Below, one piece after another: positions 1-7,500 of a DNA stretch of 64,000 nucleotides (positions within the stretch are counted from its first letter, which is position 1; each line of letters begins with the position of its first letter). The DNA lies in the IMG/VR virus record IMGVR_UViG_3300037067_004891, positions 192,001 to 256,000 of that record. One strand, 5' to 3'. A model generated the notes under the pieces. It was not told the DNA's origin. It worked only from the letters and a program-made list of their open reading frames with translations, and ran no database searches. This DNA comes from a virus (Duplodnaviria > Caudoviricetes). A program made the position numbers and the translations under genes.

Positions 1-281
1 TAATTGAACAAAAAGCAACTAAACGTGGTATCATTGTTAAATATGTCGACCCTTATCATACAAGTCAGACTTGTTCATGCTGTGGTATGATTGGTGAAAG
101 AAATGGTGCTGATTTTAAATGTATTAATGCTAAATGTGAAGAATTTAATAAAGATAAAGTAATTGATAGCGATTATAATGCTGCAATGAATATAGCTACA
201 TCTGTTGATTATTTAGATGATGCAAGCAAAGGAAAATATTACTTAAATAAAACCAAAAAGGTTTTAGAAGAAGTTCTTTGA
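1..281 (+). CDS. C-terminal part of a Cas12f-like (TnpB-family) RNA-guided nuclease, truncated by window start
   Basis: Frame from base 3 reads IEQKATKRGIIVKYVDPYHTSQTCSCCG...FKCINAKC...IDSDYNAAMNIA: Zn ribbon plus RuvC-III motif. A CRISPR array lies 217 bp downstream. Confidence 0.8.
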   Translation, partial: IEQKATKRGIIVKYVDPYHTSQTCSCCGMIGERNGADFKCINAKCEEFNKDKVIDSDYNAAMNIATSVDYLDDASKGKYYLNKTKKVLEEVL

Positions 282-284
282 AAT

Positions 285-395
285 AATATTGAGGTTTATT
301 GGGTTGGACGTAAGTCCAGTAAATGAACTGCTATATACACTCACTAAAATGTATGGTGAGCGCAGGGATTAAAACCAGATAGTGAGGTCAGGAAA
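285..395 (+). ncRNA. candidate tracrRNA/omegaRNA-like scaffold
   Basis: Hairpin TGGAC-GTAA-GTCCA; CTCACTA (340-346) pairs with TAGTGAG (380-386); TTGAGGTTTA (289-298) is 9/10 complementary to the repeat; lies between nuclease and array. Confidence 0.5.
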
Positions 396-498
396 TCAAA
401 AATTGGATTTTTTAGAGTTAAATTTAAAAGATTACATATTTTTTTTCCACTAATACACTCACTAAATACCTTTATTTCAGTGGTTTAAAATGGGATAA

Positions 499-864
499 GA
501 TGGGTTAAACCACAAATTGAGAGGTATGCCCAGCTATACATCGCTTAACTTGGTAGTAAGAGCAAGATGGGTTAAACCACAAATTGAGAGGTATGCCCAG
601 CTAAGGGACGAATACGATAAATCCACCTGTGATGGGTTAAACCACAAATTGAGAGGTATGCCCAGCTACCTTTTTTACATGCGTCAATTAAAGAAAGATG
701 GGTTAAACCACAAATTGAGAGGTATGCCCAGCTTATAATTCATCATCATCATTTTTTAATTAGATGGGTTAAACCACAAATTGAGAGGTATGCCCAGCAG
801 CCACAGTGAGGAATTTGTTTTTAACTATGATGGGTTAAACCACAAATTGAGAGGTATGCCCAGC
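499..864. CRISPR. CRISPR array 1: 6 identical 36-bp repeats GATGGGTTAAACCACAAATTGAGAGGTATGCCCAGC, 5 spacers
   Basis: Repeats start at 499, 566, 631, 697, 763, 829; unique spacers of 31, 29, 30, 30, 30 bp. Confidence 0.97.
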
Positions 865-896
865 AAGTCACATGGACTTATAACACTAAGGAAAAT

Positions 897-1115
897 ATGC
901 AAAAAACTCTTGGTCATTCAACCTCTATTAAAGAAAGTCAATGGTATGACAATGTACAGTTTCCATATTCTGAAAGTCGTTCATGGGGTCATATAAACGA
1001 ACCAAAAGATACCACTGTTGAAAGATTTGGTAAATATTGCAATTTTAATAAACACGCTGATAATGTTCGGGTACTGTATAATGAAGAAGAAATATTTAAT
1101 GATGTTTTAAAATAA
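897..1115 (+). CDS. hypothetical protein
   Basis: 72-aa ORF, first of a tightly packed run of small + strand ORFs. Confidence 0.4.
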   Translation: MQKTLGHSTSIKESQWYDNVQFPYSESRSWGHINEPKDTTVERFGKYCNFNKHADNVRVLYNEEEIFNDVLK

Positions 1116-1120
1116 AATAG

Positions 1121-1393
1121 ATGGAAAAAATTTTAGGATATAAGTACAACAAAAATGTTTTTAAATCAGTCGTTATAGCTGATGTTGATGATAAGAAATG
1201 TGTATTATCTACCAACTTTAAAAAAGGTGATGCAGTTGTTAGATTTGTTGACAAACCCGCAAATAGTTATTGGATGCATGGTGTAGCATCGTCAGTATAT
1301 AATGATGGTTCATGTCTTATATACAAAGATGATGTGCCATGTGGCAATGCATATACTGAAATATGGTATAAAATAATCGCAATATTATCATAA
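1121..1393 (+). CDS. hypothetical protein
   Basis: 90-aa ORF with an A-rich initiation region. Confidence 0.6.
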   Translation: MEKILGYKYNKNVFKSVVIADVDDKKCVLSTNFKKGDAVVRFVDKPANSYWMHGVASSVYNDGSCLIYKDDVPCGNAYTEIWYKIIAILS

Positions 1394-1496
1394 TATGAAG
1401 TTTAACAAAAACATAGCCGAAAAACATTTCAATAAGCTTTTAAAATAATATAAAAATAAAAGTGACAGAAGAACTAATCTTAAAATAATAACAATA

Positions 1497-1847
1497 ATGA
1501 AATACGAAATCGATTATAACAACCAACAAAAACGTTTTTATTTATTTGAATACGTTGGTGATGAACCAGTAACATATGATTGTAAATCTGGTTACTGCTG
1601 GCGAGATTGTGTACCGTGTTCTTATTGTGAAGCGTCTATAAGAATTATCCCAGACCAAGCAAAATATGATGCATGGAAAGAAAAATATAAAAACCGTAAA
1701 AAAAATCCATGTTCAGCAAAAAATAATGAATATTTTACAAACCATCGTTTACAAACAAGAGATTTCACTGACAGTTATTTTGAAATTATAAACGGTGAAG
1801 CTGTACCATACATCCAGAAGAAAATTGAATTCGAATTTAAAGAATAA
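1497..1847 (+). CDS. hypothetical Cys-rich protein
   Basis: 116-aa ORF with CKSGYCWRDCVPCSYC. Confidence 0.6.
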   Translation: MKYEIDYNNQQKRFYLFEYVGDEPVTYDCKSGYCWRDCVPCSYCEASIRIIPDQAKYDAWKEKYKNRKKNPCSAKNNEYFTNHRLQTRDFTDSYFEIINGEAVPYIQKKIEFEFKE

Positions 1848-1852
1848 ATATT

Positions 1853-2149
1853 ATGCCATACATAGCTAAAGAAGACAGAGTGAAATTTGAAAAACCTGTA
1901 CAGAAATTTGCTGACAATATCGAAACTGATGGTGATTTGAATTATTGCATTTCATTACTGATGCATAAAGTCCTCAAAAAAAGAGGTGTTAAATATCAAA
2001 ACATGAATAACATCATGGGTGCTATCGATTGTGCAAAAACGGAATTTTACAGAACTGTCGCAAGTCCTTATGAAGATAAGAAAAAAGCCGAGAATGGAAA
2101 TGTAAGTGAATTGGATAAAATTGGATACAAAACGGATAAATATCGGTAA
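1853..2149 (+). CDS. conserved phage hypothetical protein (MPYI...GDLNY...EFYR...PYED type)
   Basis: Motif pattern typical of a widespread small phage family. Confidence 0.7.
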   Translation: MPYIAKEDRVKFEKPVQKFADNIETDGDLNYCISLLMHKVLKKRGVKYQNMNNIMGAIDCAKTEFYRTVASPYEDKKKAENGNVSELDKIGYKTDKYR

Positions 2150-2510
2150 TGTAGTATGGTCAGATGAACTTGATCTAAATACAGGAAATTACACTAAAAA
2201 AATTGTTGTAGTTGACCAATATATTCACAATTATATCTTAACTGGTAATTATCTAAACAAATATTCTGACATACCACTTACAGCTTCCATATTAATGTTT
2301 AACTTTGGTTTCGAACCATCTCATAATATAGGAAGTAGGCGTTTTTACAGTCTTGGAAATCTTGTTGTAGAAGAATGTCGTGGAAAGGATTTTCCATTAT
2401 ATTATCCAAAAGGTGAGTTACTATGTTTTGTCCATTCGGTAAGTCATTTGCAAAATTTATATCAATTTTTAAGTGATGGTGAATTAATATTTAAATTTTC
2501 TGAAAATTAA
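2106..2510 (+). CDS. hypothetical protein (Bacteroidota-phage type)
   Basis: RINIGN...IPLT...L..FGF...VSHLQNLY pattern. Confidence 0.65.
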   Translation: MNWIKLDTKRINIGNVVWSDELDLNTGNYTKKIVVVDQYIHNYILTGNYLNKYSDIPLTASILMFNFGFEPSHNIGSRRFYSLGNLVVEECRGKDFPLYYPKGELLCFVHSVSHLQNLYQFLSDGELIFKFSEN

Positions 2511-2521
2511 AATGTAAACAT

Positions 2522-2692
2522 ATGATAAAAACAGGTAAATTTAATCCGCTTGGCGATGAAATTCTTCAGATTGAAGAATCTGATATTAATTTCTGGAACA
2601 CAAAATGGGACGACTTAGAACTTGAACAGAAAGCTGATTTTGTTCTTTCATTAAAGCACCTTTTCTTGGTAAACAAAACGAAAAATCAGTAA
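2522..2692 (+). CDS. small hypothetical protein, paralog of 2968..3174
   Basis: 56-aa ORF absent from the track; INFWNTKWDDLELEQKADF resembles IDFWDFEWNKLTGNQKDYF. Confidence 0.45.
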   Translation: MIKTGKFNPLGDEILQIEESDINFWNTKWDDLELEQKADFVLSLKHLFLVNKTKNQ

Positions 2693-2747
2693 AAGCAAGA
2701 TATGAATATTACCAATTAAAAAACACAATGAATTTATAATTTTAATT

Positions 2748-2951
2748 ATGACTATAAAACACAAATGTGGTGATGAAATTGTAAGCAATTCTACCACCCG
2801 AAAAACAGAAAATCGTTCATCATATAGTGAACACGCTGAAATGCATTATGAAGGTGGTGGTTGGTTTCATTGGACTGAAATAACATATACTGTCAGTAAA
2901 AGTATAAAATGTGGCAAATCACATTTTTTAAAAGAAAGTGAATTATTATAA
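2748..2951 (+). CDS. hypothetical protein
   Basis: 67-aa ORF in a co-directional cluster. Confidence 0.5.
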   Translation: MTIKHKCGDEIVSNSTTRKTENRSSYSEHAEMHYEGGGWFHWTEITYTVSKSIKCGKSHFLKESELL

Positions 2952-2967
2952 CATATAAACACTTGTT

Positions 2968-3174
2968 ATGACTGGATTGATGGGATTTAATGAGATTGAT
3001 AGAACTAAAATTGATTTTTGGGATTTCGAATGGAATAAACTAACTGGAAATCAAAAGGATTATTTTTGCGAATTAATTGGATTAAAATCCAGAGAACAGG
3101 AAGGCGAATTCCTCGCATTAATGGCTTTTCAAACACACAGAAAAAATTTGGGAATAATTAAAAAAATTATTTAA
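2968..3174 (+). CDS. hypothetical protein
   Basis: 68-aa ORF abutting the next gene. Confidence 0.55.
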   Translation: MTGLMGFNEIDRTKIDFWDFEWNKLTGNQKDYFCELIGLKSREQEGEFLALMAFQTHRKNLGIIKKII

Positions 3175-3175
3175 T

Positions 3176-3436
3176 ATGAATAGAATAGAAGCACTCGAAT
3201 CAGTTGTAAGTGGTAAGAAAATATTCCATAAATATTTTTCAGATTATGAATACCTCGAATTCAAAGACGGTAAATTATTAACTGAAGATGGATATGATTT
3301 TAAAAAAAGTTTTTATGAATTTGACCATTTCAAAGATGGCTGGGAAATATATAAGGATTTTAAACTTAAATATTGTGAGATATGCGTCCAAATGACTAAT
3401 CATTTTGATGGAGTGTGTCAGAAACATAATAAATAA
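3176..3436 (+). CDS. hypothetical protein
   Basis: 86-aa ORF, EAL...GKKI.H..F...EY pattern. Confidence 0.6.
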   Translation: MNRIEALESVVSGKKIFHKYFSDYEYLEFKDGKLLTEDGYDFKKSFYEFDHFKDGWEIYKDFKLKYCEICVQMTNHFDGVCQKHNK

Positions 3437-3444
3437 TAATTTTA

Positions 3445-3834
3445 ATGATAACACCTATTACTGATATAGTATTGGTTAGAAAGTTGGAGCTGGAAACAAC
3501 TCCAATAAACAATTTTAGGATATTTGATGACGTTTTTGATTCCTACATGAGTGTTATATCATGGTATCATAACCGTAATGACATCGATGCAAATTCGTCC
3601 ATATACAAGAAATGGAATAAAATATCCGAATTACTGGGATTTAAACCCATTTATCATCCAACTTATCTATATAAAAATGGTTTGTGGGCTTTCTATTGGA
3701 ACGGTGACTCAGTATTATTATATTATGATAAAAGAGGAATGAAAATTCAAGTCGGACTTAAATTTAAGAAAAATGAGGTTGTACCGCTTTTAGAATATAT
3801 CAAAGGAATTTTAAATAAAAAATCCATCATATAG
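3445..3834 (+). CDS. hypothetical protein
   Basis: 129-aa ORF ending at a terminator-like hairpin. Confidence 0.6.
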   Translation: MITPITDIVLVRKLELETTPINNFRIFDDVFDSYMSVISWYHNRNDIDANSSIYKKWNKISELLGFKPIYHPTYLYKNGLWAFYWNGDSVLLYYDKRGMKIQVGLKFKKNEVVPLLEYIKGILNKKSII

Positions 3835-3846
3835 AGGGATTTTTTT
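3817..3846. terminator. bidirectional intrinsic terminator
   Basis: AAAAAATCC...GGATTTTTTT between convergent genes. Confidence 0.5.
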
Positions 3847-3858
3847 ATGTTATCCGTT

Positions 3859-4518
3859 TTAACCAGACTCACGCTCCTTTTTTTCGTTAGAAATATGACT
3901 AACACCATATCTCTCTATCATAGTTCTTTTTTGTTTTTCTTTAAATTCTGGTAGACTCTGTGGGTATTTAGTACCATAAACTAATAAATTATGTTCATAC
4001 ATTTTATTCTTTATTTCATCAGAAAACATACAATGTTCAACACCATAAATTTTTAACATTGTTAGTTTAGATTTTTCTTTAACTTCTTCCAATTGGAAAA
4101 CATTATCTACATTATAATTTTCTTTAACAGTTTGCTTTACCTTTTCCTGATTCCAATTATTTTCTTGGCATATTTCACTACACTTATGACAACAATACAT
4201 CCTTGGTGTACCTCTATTAAATGAAACTAAATTATCACATTCAGGGTTTTTACATTTAGGATGACCATTTTGTTCAATATATTTCTTTTCTAACCACTCA
4301 TATCTATCATGTCCAATTGCATACCCTTTAAATCGAGTTCTTTGAAAATTTGGGCGTTCATTACAATACCCACATTCACATTTTGGTTCGACACCATTCA
4401 ACTCAGTTAAAATATAATAATCGGCTTTAGATAGACCATGTTTTTCTTTAACATGAATTGTTAAATTACCACCTTTATTGTTTTTAAATTCTTCACCACA
4501 TATTTCACACTTAACCAT
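3859..4518 (-). CDS. homing-endonuclease-like Zn-finger protein, probably truncated (no nuclease domain seen)
   Basis: CEICG, CECGYC, CKNPEC and CCHKC fingers plus (K/E)xYGVx repeats; ends abruptly. Confidence 0.6.
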   Translation of the reverse strand: MVKCEICGEEFKNNKGGNLTIHVKEKHGLSKADYYILTELNGVEPKCECGYCNERPNFQRTRFKGYAIGHDRYEWLEKKYIEQNGHPKCKNPECDNLVSFNRGTPRMYCCHKCSEICQENNWNQEKVKQTVKENYNVDNVFQLEEVKEKSKLTMLKIYGVEHCMFSDEIKNKMYEHNLLVYGTKYPQSLPEFKEKQKRTMIERYGVSHISNEKKERESG

Positions 4519-4525
4519 AAAATAA

Positions 4526-4562
4526 AAACTCTTTAGTATTATATATAAATACTAAAGAGTTT
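4526..4562 (-). promoter_or_regulatory. perfect 15-bp hairpin enclosing a TATATA late-promoter-like motif
   Basis: AAACTCTTTAGTATT-ATATATA-AATACTAAAGAGTTT, 7 nt upstream of the start at 4518. Confidence 0.6.
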
Positions 4563-4590
4563 CCTTATTGAATATAACGTAACTACTTGA

Positions 4591-7500
4591 TTATGAACAC
4601 CTTGAACTTCCGCACGACATACATGTCATACACCCTTCTTTAAATTCAACATGTTCACTACCACATTCTTGACACACACCTTTTATTTTTTCACCATCTT
4701 TAATATATCGTTTAATAACTCTTTCAACACCAGCTTTCCAAGTGTTTAAATGAGCATCATTTAGGTTTAAAGAATTTATTAATTCATAAACATATATTAA
4801 AGGCATCGCATGTCGTAATAAACCACTCACCAATTTTGCATAGTTCCAAAATTCAGGGTTGAACGAATGATTTAATTCTAAATATGTTTTCTTTTCACCA
4901 TCGACATCAACATATTCCATATCATAACGAGAAATTTTCTTACCATCTTCACCATCTATTTTATTTTTAACAACCTCACATTCTTTAATAGTAGGTGAAA
5001 GAGAAGACAACCCGTTAACAAGACGACCAGTAAAGAGTTCGTATGGTCTACCATCTAATAAACCAACAACAGCAATCCACTTTTCAGAATCATTTTGGAA
5101 ACGGATAATATCAGCTTTTAAACGTTTAGGTCTTTTTGGTGCGTTGTGGTCTTTAAAAGCTTCAAGTTTTTCCTTTTCTTTTTGTTCTTTTTTAGAAACT
5201 AAAACACCTGACCGAGAACCGTCACGATAAACAGTCATCCCTTTACAACCACATCTCCAACCTGTTTCATATACTTTAGCCACAATTTCTTCAGTAACAT
5301 TATTTGGTAAATTAACGGTGACAGATATGGAATGGTCAACATGTTTTTGTAATCTTCCCTGCATTTCTACCTTTTCAAGCCAATCAACATCGTTAGCAGT
5401 CGCCTTAAAATAAGGTGATTCTTTAACGATTTCGTCCAATTGTTCTCTCTTCATATTTTTAACAGCGTCTATATCATAATTATTCACTCCAAGCCACATT
5501 TCAAATTTATGATGAAATACTGGGTACTCTTGCCATGATACACCTTCTTCGTCAATAAAGTCTACCCGAACATTTTTTTCTTGTGGATTAATTTTACGTC
5601 TACGCATATAAACTGGAAGAAAACATGGTTCAACACCCGATGTTGTTTGTGTCATTAAACTCACACTTCCAGTTGGAGCTATGGTTAATAAAGAAATATT
5701 CCTACGACCATATTTTACCATTTCATCATATAACAACAGGTCTTGTTCTTTTATCCTTAATATAAACGGGTTATTTATTTCACGTATAGAATCATATATT
5801 GGAAATGAACCTCTTTCATGTGCCATTATAACAGAAGAACGATATGCTTCTAATTTTAAAGTTTTTTGTATTTTTTCAGAAAATATAGTAGCTTCTTTTG
5901 TACCATATGTAAAATTAAGAGCTGCTAACATATCACCAAGACCTGTAATACCAAGACCTGTCCTACGTCCCATCTCAGCTTTTTTCTTAATTTCAACCCA
6001 AAGATTTTTTTCATAAATTTTTATAAATTCATCTTCTGGGTCATTATCTATTTTATTTAATATTTGGTCTATTTTTTCAAGTTCTAAATCAACAATGTCA
6101 TCCATCAATCTTTCAGCAAGAATTATATCTTTTTTAAATAAATCAAAATCAAAATATGCTTCTTTAGTAAATGGATTTTTTACATATCCAAAAAGATTTA
6201 AAGCTAATAAGCGACAACTATCCGATTTACAAAGTGTTATTTCTCCACAATTTCTCCCCAACACACTTACAGTTAACTGTTTACCACTTTTAGTTTTTTC
6301 TTGAAAACCCCCAAAATAAAAATTATGAACATCATCCACAGTACCATTATATACATCTTCATAACCATCTAATTCAACAGATATTACTTTATGATTATAT
6401 AATTCAGCTTCTTCTTTTAATTCATTAAAAGTATTAAAACCATGTTTAGTTTTTAATCTAAATGGGATATTTTGTATCTTACATTCATTTTCCCACTCTT
6501 TTAATAATGGTGTTCGTTCTAATTGAAATTGAAGTTTAGAGAATATTTTTATTTGTTTTTGTTTATTTTCATCTGATTTAATTTTAAAAATATCATTAAT
6601 AGTTTTAGTTCTTATAATATTTGCATCAGTTGTTCTATTCACATAAAGATTAGAACATGTGTTACTACAAAATGAATTTTCTCTTTGTTTATGTTCTACC
6701 CAAAATGGTTCACCACATTCTTCACAAATTTTCTCAACATAAACTTTATGATTTTCAATTTTTGTATTATAACCATTACTTAACATATTTTTATATGTTC
6801 TAACAAGTCGGGGGTCGTTATTTATAAATTCAATATTTAATTCTAATGCAGCCCACTTAGCCATAGATGTTATACCAGAATTAATTTCTTCCAATCTAAA
6901 TTTAGAAAAATACTTAGGTAATTTGTTTTCATTAGCATATTTACCCCAATCATCATTAGAAAACCTTCTTCCTAAAATTTTAGTTAATCTTAACGCATGG
7001 TCTTTTATATCATCTGATAATATATTACTATATTTGGAATTAGAAGAACCTTTATGTGATGCGAAATTAAACTTCCACTCATTTGACATTTTATGATAAG
7101 GATTTTTTTCACCAATCATATCAGTTTTGTGAAATTCGTCATGTTCATATTTGGTCATCATTAATAAATTATTAATATTGTTATTTAAACTATTATAATC
7201 TTTATGATGAATAACATTACCAGAATCGATTTTAATATTGTTTAGTTGTTCATATAAAAATCTATGTTCAGATACAGTAGATTTAAATTTGCCATTATTA
7301 ATCCATATATAATCACTACTTTTTGAGTTAGAATTTGGAAATAATTCTTCAAATGATGCAAACCATTTTGTTAAAATATTTAAACTATCACCACTTACTA
7401 AGTTCTTAGCTTCTTTAATATTTCCGTCTTTTAAAATAAATTTATGATTACCAGTTACTCTAACTGAATGACCACCTTGAATGTTAATTTTATATATTGG

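Noticed and set aside
517-996. ORFs 517..738 and 781..996 with repeated DGLNHKLRGMPS
   Set aside because: Translations of array 1 from TTG inside the repeats; a TAA lies immediately before the first repeat, so no upstream gene is fused here.
5681-6304. Antisense ORFs inside nrdJ, and similar ones at 9749, 14002-14687, 16681-18106, 38767, 43286-45462, 55243
   Set aside because: Shadow frames of well-supported genes on the opposite strand.
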